This document shows positions 25,057 to 34,263 of a stretch of DNA of 48,898 nucleotides, piece after piece. How positions within the stretch are numbered: position 1 is the stretch's first letter; every line of letters starts with the position of its first letter. The stretch is from the IMG/VR virus record IMGVR_UViG_3300048999_000260, positions 1-48,898 of that record. One strand, 5' to 3'. The position numbers and the translations under genes are program-made. This DNA comes from a virus (lineage: Duplodnaviria; Caudoviricetes). A model generated the notes under the pieces. The model had not been told where the DNA came from. It made no database searches and saw only the letters and a program-made list of their open reading frames with translations.

Positions 25057-26506
25057 CCCGCATGACGGGTCCGTTGTAGACGATCAGGTGGCCGCGTTTC
25101 ACGACGCGCTGATGACCGCGCTTACCGACGTGCTCGAGCGAACGTCGAAGATGATCGATCCGCACGGTCCGGTTCACAGCAGCAACATCATGCGCACGTT
25201 CTGGAAATCCAAGGTGGACGGTCTCGTCGACAAGCTCGAGGCCGTTGTGATCAGCGCGGCGGACCGGACACGCACGCAGCTTCAGTCACACGTGGACGCG
25301 ACCGCGCCGGTAGCCGTCAATCACGGTGGTGATCTCCTGCGCGCGCAGCTCAAGGCGGCCGGTCGCCGTTCGTACGTGAAGACATCACGGACCGCTGCCG
25401 GCTTTGTGATTCCCTCGCCGGTCGAGCTGTTCGCGGAGATCTACCTGCGATCACGTCGTGGCTTCCTGCTCGATCTCGGCACTGACGCGTGGAACATGGT
25501 CCGCGGCGAGCTGCTCGCTGGAATGAACAACGGCGAGGGGATCGGTGAGCTGCGCTCACGTGTCATGTCCGTGGCCGACGTCGCGCAGCCGCGCGCCGAG
25601 CGGATCGCCCGCACCGAGGTGGTCGGTGCCACCAACGCCGGCGCGATCGAGCAGGTGCGAGCGTCCAAACTGGACGCGACCAAGACGTGGCTCGCCACGA
25701 ACGACAACCGGACGCGTCAATCGCACGCGGACGTCGACGGCACCACCGTCCCCTTGAACGACACCTTCCTGGTCGGTGGCGTGCTTATGGACCGGCCACA
25801 TGATCCGACGGCACCACCGGACGAGGTGATCCAGTGCCGGTGCACGCTGACATTCGAGATCCCCGACGACGCGGTGACCGCCGCGGCGTTCGGAAATCCC
25901 GACCAGCCCAGGGATTACCACGGGCGATGGGGTCACGGCGGTGTCAGTGGTGATCTCGCGTTGACCGGCCAAGACGCTTACAACCACGTCGTGGAAAAGC
26001 AGGGCGACGTCACAGATTCGGCACAACGACGTGCGCTTGACGGCTACTTCGGCGATTCCAGTGGACTCAACAGCAAGCTACGTACGCAGAAGTCCGCGGC
26101 GTCGACCGACAAGCGAGCGATCGCGATCAAGCAGGCGATCGACCAGCACGGCGCGCTGACGGACCAGCCGATCCTGGTGCACCGCGCGGTTTCTAGCGCG
26201 GAGACCGTATTCGGAACCAAGGACATGAAGTCGTTGGTCGGCGCGCAGGTGAAGGACCACGCATTCGTGTCGACGTCCACCGAACGGAACCTCGCGGAAT
26301 GGTTCGTGGGTGGTGACGATGGTGCCATCTTCAACATTACGGTTCCGGCGCATACCAAGGTTCTCGCGATGGATGCGGCACGTGGCATGAAGCACAACAC
26401 CGAAAGCGAACGTGAACTTCTTCTTGATACCGGAACCGCGTGGAAGATCACGAAGGTCGAACGTGACGAGACTCAAGGCTGGAACATCGACGCGGAGGTG
26501 GTCTAG
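25043..26506 (+). CDS. MuF-like minor head protein fused to C-terminal ADP-ribosyltransferase
   Basis: RAERIARTE, KTWLATNDNRTRQSH, EVIQCRC (MuF); LNSKLR, LVHR, FVSTS, ERELLL (R-STS-ExE mART). Confidence 0.9.
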   Translation: MVTIDPHDGSVVDDQVAAFHDALMTALTDVLERTSKMIDPHGPVHSSNIMRTFWKSKVDGLVDKLEAVVISAADRTRTQLQSHVDATAPVAVNHGGDLLRAQLKAAGRRSYVKTSRTAAGFVIPSPVELFAEIYLRSRRGFLLDLGTDAWNMVRGELLAGMNNGEGIGELRSRVMSVADVAQPRAERIARTEVVGATNAGAIEQVRASKLDATKTWLATNDNRTRQSHADVDGTTVPLNDTFLVGGVLMDRPHDPTAPPDEVIQCRCTLTFEIPDDAVTAAAFGNPDQPRDYHGRWGHGGVSGDLALTGQDAYNHVVEKQGDVTDSAQRRALDGYFGDSSGLNSKLRTQKSAASTDKRAIAIKQAIDQHGALTDQPILVHRAVSSAETVFGTKDMKSLVGAQVKDHAFVSTSTERNLAEWFVGGDDGAIFNITVPAHTKVLAMDAARGMKHNTESERELLLDTGTAWKITKVERDETQGWNIDAEVV

Positions 26507-26509
26507 TCC

Positions 26510-27091
26510 ATGGAGACCGTGGCGGAACGCACCACGTACACAAGACCAGATCAGATCGAGATCACGTGGCCGGACGGTCACGTCTCGAGCGCGTTCGGCA
26601 AACCGGATCAGGCACGTGACTGGCACGGCCGCTGGGGTGGTGGCGGAGGCGGCGCGCACGTTGCGCCCGAGAAGGAGTACAAGGCCACGTTCCGGCAAGC
26701 GCAGGACAAGATCGCCAACGCGCCGGTCCCGACGGCGTTGCAGGTGACGAAGGCGCGCGCCGAGCTTCAGAAGGCCAAGGAGGGTAAGGGTCGCGCGGGC
26801 GGCGATTCGCGCGGCGGCAGCTCAAAGGATCGGCGGAAGCAGCGTGAGAACCTCTTCAAGGAGTTCGGCGGCGAGAGTAAGGGCTACGTCGTCTGTCACG
26901 GCTGCGGGTTGAAGACGCATCACACCGATGACCCGGCGCAGAACCCGAACGGCTACGCCAGGTTCGAGCGCGGCAAGATCTTCGTCAAGGCGCAGGGTGG
27001 CGGTTATCAGTTGAAGAACCTGCTGCCCGAGTGCTTTGGCTGCAACCGATCCAGGAACGATCAGATGCTACGACCGGAGAACGCGCCATGA
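26510..27091 (+). CDS. HNH-like zinc-finger protein with N-terminal PDQxRDxxGRW tag
   Basis: CHGCG...GGGYQLKNLLPECFGCNRSR. Confidence 0.7.
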   Translation: METVAERTTYTRPDQIEITWPDGHVSSAFGKPDQARDWHGRWGGGGGGAHVAPEKEYKATFRQAQDKIANAPVPTALQVTKARAELQKAKEGKGRAGGDSRGGSSKDRRKQRENLFKEFGGESKGYVVCHGCGLKTHHTDDPAQNPNGYARFERGKIFVKAQGGGYQLKNLLPECFGCNRSRNDQMLRPENAP

Positions 27092-27876
27092 CCACCGTGC
27101 GAGCGAAGCGTCTGGGGTGGAACGAAACCACGAATATCACCGCGACCGATGAGCTGGATCCCTACGACTACACCGATGCCGTCGTGGAGGGTGATCTCCA
27201 AAAGATCAAGGTCGACAGCGGGGTTCTTCACTATACGAACTACGTGGTGGCCGGCCAGCCGGTCGATCCGGACACGATCGAGGAGATTGACGATCAGGGC
27301 GACGCGTCGACCGCGGCCGTGGTTCGGTCCAACGTGGACAGCGGGTTCACGTCCGGCATGATCGCGCTCGTGCCGACCGCGGAGGACGCCGCGCGGTTGG
27401 CACTCGACGAGGACAACGGCGAACCGGCCAACGAGCTGCATCTCACGCTGTGCTTCCTCGGTGACGCCGCGGACTACCCGCAGGAGCAGCGCGACGCGCT
27501 GGTCACGTCGATCGAGGACCTGGTTGAGACCAGTCAACTCGGTCCGGTGCAAGGCAACGCGTTCGGCGTGAACTACTGGAACCCGGCAAGCGACGATCCG
27601 GCGTGGGTCCTCGCCGTGGGTTCCACACCGGACAACGGGCTGACCGAGGTGTACGGCCTGGCGTACGAGGCGATCTACAACACCTCACTGTCCGTTCCGG
27701 ACCAGCACAAGCCGTGGGTCCCGCACGTGACGATCGCGTATGGGATCGAACCAATTCTTGAAGAGATGGAAGCGCGTCTCGGACCGATCACGTTCGATCG
27801 AATTCGGGTGGCATTCGGTGACGAGTACCACGACGTGGTGCTTACGGATGAGCGTGCTACTCTAACCGAATCCTAG
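27088..27876 (+). CDS. 2H phosphoesterase (2'-5' RNA ligase/Acb1-like) with acidic N-terminal domain
   Basis: Two HxT motifs: LHLTLCFLG and PHVTIAY; ATGA overlap. Confidence 0.85.
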   Translation: MTTVRAKRLGWNETTNITATDELDPYDYTDAVVEGDLQKIKVDSGVLHYTNYVVAGQPVDPDTIEEIDDQGDASTAAVVRSNVDSGFTSGMIALVPTAEDAARLALDEDNGEPANELHLTLCFLGDAADYPQEQRDALVTSIEDLVETSQLGPVQGNAFGVNYWNPASDDPAWVLAVGSTPDNGLTEVYGLAYEAIYNTSLSVPDQHKPWVPHVTIAYGIEPILEEMEARLGPITFDRIRVAFGDEYHDVVLTDERATLTES

Positions 27877-27887
27877 GAGGTAGCGCG

Positions 27888-29930
27888 ATGCCCTGGCACA
27901 AGGTCGAGAATCATGCGGAGTGCCCGGCCGGTAAGCCGTGGGCCGTCGTCAAGGACAGCGACGGATCGGTGGCCGGCTGTCACGCCAACGAGTCCGAAGC
28001 GAACGATCACATGAAGGCGTTGTACGCCAACGAGTCCGGCACCGGTACGCAGCTCGGCGGTAAGCCGAAGCCCGGTACCCCGCCGGACAAGCGACTCCAC
28101 GAGAACCCCGGCGGTAAGAAGGGCGCGGACGGTAAGCCGGTCGACGGTAAGCCGGTCGACGGCAAGCCGGCTGACGGCAAGCCGGTCGACGAGACCGACG
28201 ACACCTCCAAGAAGAAGAAGGTGCCACCGCCGTTTCCGCCGAAGCAGAAGGTGAAGGCCACCGTCGACGAGGTGACCGACGAGTTCGTGTCGATCAACTT
28301 CGACAAGGACACCACCGCTACCGAGGTCCAGACCACCGCCCCGTGGGAGGGCGTGATCTGCGTCGAGGGCGTGACAACCGGCGACGGGCGCGAGTTCGCA
28401 CCGGAGTCGCTGTCCTGGGGTGATCTGCCGGTACCGCTCCGCTGGAACAAGGAAGACTCGCACGGCGGGATGCCGAGCACGGTCGCCGTGAACGTCGGCA
28501 ACATCACGGCGATCGAGCGTGACGGCAACCAGATCAAGGCCAGCGGCAACATCGACCTGTCCACCGAGGACGGTCGCACGGTCTACGGCAAGATCAAGGG
28601 TGAGTTCCTCCGCGGCGTGTCGATCGACGCGGACAGCATCACCGACGCCGACATGGAGATGATCTTCCCGGACACCAGCACGAGCGGCGAGGAGAAGTCC
28701 GAAGCGGACGAACTCATCGAGATGCTGTTCGCGATGCCGGAGAAGGTCATCTTCCACGCCGGCCGCATTCGCGCGGCCACGCTGTGCGACATCCCGGCGT
28801 TCGTCGAGGCGTACATCCAGCTGACGGACGAGACGCTCTCGGACGCGACCGTGGCCGCACTCGCCGCGCGACCGACCGTGACGCGCGCCGTCGCGCTGCA
28901 CACGACCGGGACGTCCGACGCCGCGTGGGACAGCACGGCGCACGTGAAGCGGTTGGCGCTCAAGCGATCCACGGCGAACGCGCGCGCCGCATCGGCGTGG
29001 TGCGACACCGAGGACGGTGGTGAGAACGGTGGCAACTACATGTTCCTCCACCACGAGATCGCGGAGGACGGCGCCGTCGGACCGGCCAACCTCACGGCGT
29101 GCGCCGCGGGAATCGCGGCGCTCAACGGAAACCGCGACAGCACGACGCTGTCGCTCACCGACCGACGCGCCGTGTACGCGCACCTCGCCAAGCACCTGCG
29201 AGACGCTGGCCGCGAGGCGCCGCCGGCCAGCTTCGAGACCGCGGTCACCGCGGCTGCCGCCGTCGATGACCGGCCGCCGGCCGAGTGGTTCACCGATCCG
29301 AAGCTGTCGCTGCCGACGACGATCACCGTCACCGACGACGGCCGGGTGTACGGCCACGCCGCGATGTGGGGCGAGTGCCACGTCGGGATCGCCGACGCGT
29401 GCGTGACCCCGCCGTTCGAGGACAGCCACCCGTACTACATGACCGGTGAGGTCGCATGCGCCGACGACACGCGGGTCGCGGTTGGACAGATCACCCTCGG
29501 TACCGGTCACGCGAGCCTCAGCCTCGGGGCGTCGCAGGCCGCGGATCACTACGACAACACCGGGTCCGCGGTCGCGGACGTCGCGGTGGGCAACGACGAA
29601 CACGGGATCTGGGTGGCCGGCGCGGTCCGGCCGGGCACCGACGTTCACCGCGTTCGTGAGCTCCGCGCGTCCGGCCAAGTCTCCGGTGACTGGCGCCGCA
29701 TCGGCGGCCAGCTCCGGTTGGTCGGCCTGCTCGCCGTCAACGTGCCGGGCTACCCGGTGCCGAAGATCGGAACGCGCGTCGCGTCCGGCGCGCAGCTCGC
29801 GCTCGTGGCGGCCGGTCGACCGAACGTGGTAAGCCCGGCGTACAGCGAATCCGAGCTCGTGCAGCTCGCCATGCGCACCATGCGCAGCCAGCTCGCCGCA
29901 CGTGTCGGCCGCGTGCGAAAGGAGGTGTAG
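27888..29930 (+). CDS. capsid maturation protease, multidomain
   Basis: WEGVICVEGVTTGDGREF, GVSID, RIRAATLCDIPAF, PPAEWFTDP, GRVYGH, SGDWR; lies between portal and capsid. Confidence 0.85.
   Translation: MPWHKVENHAECPAGKPWAVVKDSDGSVAGCHANESEANDHMKALYANESGTGTQLGGKPKPGTPPDKRLHENPGGKKGADGKPVDGKPVDGKPADGKPVDETDDTSKKKKVPPPFPPKQKVKATVDEVTDEFVSINFDKDTTATEVQTTAPWEGVICVEGVTTGDGREFAPESLSWGDLPVPLRWNKEDSHGGMPSTVAVNVGNITAIERDGNQIKASGNIDLSTEDGRTVYGKIKGEFLRGVSIDADSITDADMEMIFPDTSTSGEEKSEADELIEMLFAMPEKVIFHAGRIRAATLCDIPAFVEAYIQLTDETLSDATVAALAARPTVTRAVALHTTGTSDAAWDSTAHVKRLALKRSTANARAASAWCDTEDGGENGGNYMFLHHEIAEDGAVGPANLTACAAGIAALNGNRDSTTLSLTDRRAVYAHLAKHLRDAGREAPPASFETAVTAAAAVDDRPPAEWFTDPKLSLPTTITVTDDGRVYGHAAMWGECHVGIADACVTPPFEDSHPYYMTGEVACADDTRVAVGQITLGTGHASLSLGASQAADHYDNTGSAVADVAVGNDEHGIWVAGAVRPGTDVHRVRELRASGQVSGDWRRIGGQLRLVGLLAVNVPGYPVPKIGTRVASGAQLALVAAGRPNVVSPAYSESELVQLAMRTMRSQLAARVGRVRKEV
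28128..28187 (+). repeat. 4 x 15-nt tandem repeat encoding DGKP(V/A)
   Basis: GACGGTAAGCCGGTC x2, GACGGCAAGCCGGCT, GACGGCAAGCCGGTC. Confidence 0.95.
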
Positions 29931-29933
29931 ACC

Positions 29934-29999
29934 ATGTGTGGATGTCGGAAGAACAAGGTCATCGTGACCACCGATCAGGGCAGCGACAAGAGCCAGTGA
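29934..29999 (+). CDS. 21-aa Cys-rich micropeptide MCGCRKNKVIVTTDQGSDKSQ
   Basis: Strong AAGGAGGTG RBS overlapping the end of the protease gene. Confidence 0.6.
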   Translation: MCGCRKNKVIVTTDQGSDKSQ

Positions 30000-30112
30000 C
30001 CGTCCACCTGCGACGGTGATCCGCTGCCGTGGTGGTGAGATCACTTTGTGATACGCTACGCATCATTGCATAGCGCTTGAGGTAGTTGAGCGTTTTCCTT
30101 AGGGAGTAACCA

Positions 30113-31864
30113 ATGGCTGATGAGCTGGTGCAGGTCCCGACCGACCTGAAGCTTCTCAGTGACGACGAGCTGGCCACACTCGAGACGCAGGCCACGGAGG
30201 AGTTCGACCGGCTCAACGGCCAGGACGACGTTACCCCCGAGGCGCTCGAGCAGCTCATGTCACTGACGGACGGGATCGAGCGGCTCCGCATGGAGCAGAA
30301 CGCCCGCACCGCGCGGTACCGCGAGGAGGCCGCGGCCGAGAAGCTGCGCCTGTCCGCGGCGCGCGAAGACCTGAACGGTCGCGTTCACGCGGCCGGTGGC
30401 GACAAGCCGACCCGTCGGCTCGCCAGCGACACCGAGGATCCCATCGACGCCGAGTCGATCACGGCCGCGGCCGCGCGCGGTGCGACCGCCGCGCTCGTGG
30501 CTGCGCTCGGCGAGGGCAAGCTGGACTTGCAGACGACGATCAAGCGCGCGTCGCTCTCCGAGGCGCGCCGGCACGCGCCGACGCCGGCCGCTCCGAAGAA
30601 GCGGATGGCGATCACCGCCGCCGTGGACATCCCTGGCCTGGCGCGGAACGACGACCTGTCCAATCTGGACGCTCTCGGCGAGGCCTTCCACAAGCGTGCC
30701 CGGTCGATGACCACCACGACCGACAACCCGCAGTACCAGCTCGTGGCGTCGGTCCGCAACGACTTCGAGTACACCGTCGACGACCGCACCTCCCCCGGCC
30801 AGGTCGAGGAGCTCTTCCGCCGGCTGGTGAACGAGGACACCAAGAACGCGCTCGTCGCCGGCGGTGGCTGGTGCGCGCCGTCTGACATCCGATACGAGTT
30901 CTTCAACATCGCCGGTGGCGTCCGCAAGGTGGACCTGCCGACGTTCGGCGTGACGCGCGGTGGCATCCGCTTCCCGACCTCGCCGTCGATCGCGGACGCC
31001 TTCGGTACCACCGGCCTCGCGCCGTACGCCGTCGCGTACTCGAACACCTCGGTTCCGTGGATCTGGTCCGAGACCGACGACCAGGCCGCAGCCACCGGCA
31101 CCTCACCGCGCAAGCCGACGCTGCGCGTGCCGTGCCCGTCGTTCAACGAGCGGCGACTCGAGTGCTACGGCATCACGGTCACCGCGGGCAACCTGTCGGA
31201 TGACGCGTACCCCGAGGCGACGACCAACTTCCTGAAGCTGGTCACCGCCGCGCACGAGCACGCCATGAACAGCCGGACGCTCGCGCAGATGCAGGCGTTG
31301 TCGGCGGCCGCCGTGACGACCGGTTCGTACGCGGTCACCGGGCAGCCGGCGTACAACGCGATCACCGGCGGCATCGCGCTGGCCGCGGTCGACTACCGCG
31401 CCAAGTACGGCATGGACGAGGACGCGATCCTCGAGGTCGTCCTCCCGATCTGGGTCGTGGACGTCATCGTCGCCGACCTCGCGCACCGGCGTGAGGCGGA
31501 GTTCGTCGCGGTCACCGAGTCGCAGATCCAGGCGTGGCTCAACTCGCGCGGTGTGCGCGCGCAGTTCGTCGACGACTACCAGGTGCGTGGCGCGTTGCAG
31601 TTCGGCAACGCCACCTCGATGATCGCGTGGCCGACGTCGGTCACGTTCATGCTGTACGCGGCCGGAACCTTCATGTACGGCAACGGCCTGCAGCTCGACC
31701 TCGGTGTCGTCCGCGACAGCACACTCAACGCGGCCAACGACCACACCGCGGCCTGGTCCGAGGAGTGCCACCTGGTGGCCATGGTCGGACACGAGTCCCG
31801 TCAGTACACGGTGAAGTTCGCCGTCGCCGGCGAGACCGCCCCGACCACGAACGTCGCCCTCTAA
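30113..31864 (+). CDS. major capsid protein (hexamer type, N-terminal scaffold-like region)
   Basis: ALVAGGGWCAPSDIRY, VDLPTFGVTRGGI, VPCPSF, LGVVRDSTLN, WSEE. Confidence 0.9.
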   Translation: MADELVQVPTDLKLLSDDELATLETQATEEFDRLNGQDDVTPEALEQLMSLTDGIERLRMEQNARTARYREEAAAEKLRLSAAREDLNGRVHAAGGDKPTRRLASDTEDPIDAESITAAAARGATAALVAALGEGKLDLQTTIKRASLSEARRHAPTPAAPKKRMAITAAVDIPGLARNDDLSNLDALGEAFHKRARSMTTTTDNPQYQLVASVRNDFEYTVDDRTSPGQVEELFRRLVNEDTKNALVAGGGWCAPSDIRYEFFNIAGGVRKVDLPTFGVTRGGIRFPTSPSIADAFGTTGLAPYAVAYSNTSVPWIWSETDDQAAATGTSPRKPTLRVPCPSFNERRLECYGITVTAGNLSDDAYPEATTNFLKLVTAAHEHAMNSRTLAQMQALSAAAVTTGSYAVTGQPAYNAITGGIALAAVDYRAKYGMDEDAILEVVLPIWVVDVIVADLAHRREAEFVAVTESQIQAWLNSRGVRAQFVDDYQVRGALQFGNATSMIAWPTSVTFMLYAAGTFMYGNGLQLDLGVVRDSTLNAANDHTAAWSEECHLVAMVGHESRQYTVKFAVAGETAPTTNVAL

Positions 31865-31916
31865 GTCCACACCGGACTTAGGAGTGTCCACTGTAGACGG
31901 ATGGAGGTGAGCGTGG

Positions 31917-32801
31917 GTGGTCAACCGGCGACAGATCGTGGATCCGCCCACGTTCACCCCGCTGCCGTACGGACTGCTGTCCGTCGCGCAGCATCCGACG
32001 GCCAGCGACGGTCACTGGCAGAACGGCATCACGTATCAGTCACGGTGTCTCAACGCCGGCGACACAACGTACTCCATCGACTGCGGGATGGCGGTCACCG
32101 GTACCGGACCGGCGCCGGCACCGCCGGGCCTGACGGACAACGTCGATCTCACGACGCGCGGCGCGACGTCGTTTGTGGCATACGCCGAGTTCGACTGCGC
32201 GCCGGTCGGCATGGCCAACGCCCTGCAGATCGCGGAGGACGCGCTCGCACAGTCCGCGGACTACGACGTGGAGCGCGCGTTCTGGACCGGCAAGGCCGCG
32301 AACCAGACGGTGGTTTTCCCGCATCTCGCCGCCACCGCTGATATCATCGACGGTGACACGCTGCTTCAGTCCACGGCAACCGTTGCGGCCACGGGAACTC
32401 CGGCGCCACCCGTCGCGCTTGGCCTGCTGGAGCAGGCGATCGCGGACTGCTCGAACGGGCAGGGCGTGATCCACGTGCAGCGAAAGGTGTTGCCCGCGCT
32501 GTTCAAGGCGCAGGTGATCGAGGTCCGAGCCGGACAGATCGTCACCAAGAGCGGCAACCTGGTGGCCGCCGGTGCCGGCTATCCGGGTACCGGACCGTCC
32601 GGCCAGGTGGTTACCGCGACGACGTCGTGGATGTTCGCGACCGGACCGGTCTTCGCGTACTCGAGCGCGACCAGGATCAACGACCTCCGGTCCGCATTGG
32701 ACCGGACCACGAACACGGTAAAGTACATCGCAGAACGAACGTACGTGATCGGCTGGGATTGCTGCCACGCTGCCGTACAAACCGACATCAGTGCGGCGTA
32801 G
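31917..32801 (+). CDS. second capsid protein (pentamer type)
   Basis: PLPYGLLSVA, VERAFW, ALGLLEQ, GVIH, GAGY, WMFATGPV, IAERTYVIGWDC; follows the hexamer gene. Confidence 0.75.
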   Translation: MVNRRQIVDPPTFTPLPYGLLSVAQHPTASDGHWQNGITYQSRCLNAGDTTYSIDCGMAVTGTGPAPAPPGLTDNVDLTTRGATSFVAYAEFDCAPVGMANALQIAEDALAQSADYDVERAFWTGKAANQTVVFPHLAATADIIDGDTLLQSTATVAATGTPAPPVALGLLEQAIADCSNGQGVIHVQRKVLPALFKAQVIEVRAGQIVTKSGNLVAAGAGYPGTGPSGQVVTATTSWMFATGPVFAYSSATRINDLRSALDRTTNTVKYIAERTYVIGWDCCHAAVQTDISAA

Positions 32802-32813
32802 AGGAGAAGGAAC

Positions 32814-33497
32814 ATGGCACCCACGGGAACCTGCGCGGCACCGATCAAGGGTACGCACCTCCGGCTCGTGAAGACGGACATCTGCGGTATCCCGGTGACC
32901 GGCGCGTCGTCGCTCGTGATCGTCACCAAGGGGTTCGTCCAGACGCAGATGGACCCCGACTACGAGGACGGCGTGGAGTTCTTCGAGCGCAACGCGGACG
33001 GCCAGGTCTGCGTGAACCAGAAGGACAAGCCGACCCTCAAGCGCTTCAAGCTCACCGTCGACCTGTGCGACGTGTCGCCGGACGCGATGACGTTCCTGCT
33101 CGACGCGCGGCTGATCGCAAACTCCGGAGCCACTACCGGCACGGGCTTTGCGATGCAGGCCGGCGAGCCGGACAACTACTTCTCGATGGAGGTCTGGCAG
33201 CGCGTCGCCGGCTCCGGCGCGTGTGACCCTTCCGGCAACCAGCAATTCATCTACAACGCGTGGCCGTGGGTCGGCAACGTTCAGGTCGGCAAGTACGCGA
33301 TCGAGAACAAGCGTTCGACCATGCAGTTCATGGCGGAGACGCAGGGCGCGAACCCGCTGTGGGGTCGGGGTCCTGGCACCGGTGCGAAGTGGCTGCCGAC
33401 CACGTTCGCCGCGGCGGCCGCGGATCACTGGCTGTGGAACATCACCTCGACCGCGCTGCCGACGAACTTCGACTGTGGACCGCAGCTTCTGACGTAG
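32814..33497 (+). CDS. major tail protein
   Basis: IKGTHLRLVKTDICG...TKGFVQ...NADGQVCV...FSMEVW...WGRGP. Confidence 0.8.
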   Translation: MAPTGTCAAPIKGTHLRLVKTDICGIPVTGASSLVIVTKGFVQTQMDPDYEDGVEFFERNADGQVCVNQKDKPTLKRFKLTVDLCDVSPDAMTFLLDARLIANSGATTGTGFAMQAGEPDNYFSMEVWQRVAGSGACDPSGNQQFIYNAWPWVGNVQVGKYAIENKRSTMQFMAETQGANPLWGRGPGTGAKWLPTTFAAAAADHWLWNITSTALPTNFDCGPQLLT

Positions 33498-33525
33498 GAA
33501 GAAAGCCCTAGGGAGACAAAGGAAT

Positions 33526-34260
33526 ATGGCAATCGAACAGTTCGCGCCGCTCTTTCCGCGCGGCGAGCATCCGTTCTCCCTGGGGCGTCACCTGCTTCAC
33601 GACGACGCCTCACGCAACTACGACGCGCGCATGGTCGCGTCGCTGCGCAAGCCGCGCAGCGTCGTTCACGAGTCCGCGGTTCCGCCGTGGGACCAGGGAC
33701 AGATCGGGCAGTGCACCGCGGAGGCCGCGCTCGGTCTCCTCATGACCGAACCGTTCCACCGTCCGGAGTGGAACTTCAACGGGACCGGCGCGGCGTCGGA
33801 TACGCTCGAGTTCTACCGCGAGGAGACGCGGCTCGATGACGGTTACATCCCGGGCAGCTACGAGCCGGATGACACCGGTTCGACCGGCCTCTGGTCGATG
33901 AAGGTCCTGAAGAACCGGAAGATCGCGGCGTCATATCACCATGTCTTCAGCTGGCCGGTCCTGCAGTCCGTGCTGTCCGATCACCCGGTGTCGATCGGGA
34001 TCGCGTGGTTCGGCAGCATGTTCTACCCGGACCGTCACGGCGTGGTCACGTTCGACGGCTCCGTCGACGAGCCGATCGGCGGACACCAGATCTGCGTGGT
34101 GGGCCAGGATCTCAAGCAGGAGGAGCTGATCTTCCGCAACTCGTGGGGTACCGGCTGGGGTAAGGACGGCTACGGCCGGCTGACGTTCGCGAAGGCCAAG
34201 GAGCTGCTCTTCACGTACCGCGGTGACGTCACGTATCCGATCCTCGTCGGGGAGGTCTGA
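33526..34260 (+). CDS. papain-family (C1A) cysteine peptidase
   Basis: DQGQIGQCTA (Q, C), GGHQICVVG (H), RNSWGTGWGKDGY (N). Confidence 0.9.
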   Translation: MAIEQFAPLFPRGEHPFSLGRHLLHDDASRNYDARMVASLRKPRSVVHESAVPPWDQGQIGQCTAEAALGLLMTEPFHRPEWNFNGTGAASDTLEFYREETRLDDGYIPGSYEPDDTGSTGLWSMKVLKNRKIAASYHHVFSWPVLQSVLSDHPVSIGIAWFGSMFYPDRHGVVTFDGSVDEPIGGHQICVVGQDLKQEELIFRNSWGTGWGKDGYGRLTFAKAKELLFTYRGDVTYPILVGEV

Positions 34261-34263
34261 ACC

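Noticed and set aside
27873-30044. 723-aa minus-strand ORF (and similar long antisense ORFs at 44597-46336, 32040-33428, 15723-16691)
   Set aside because: Shadow ORFs of high-GC3 plus-strand genes; no recognisable motifs.
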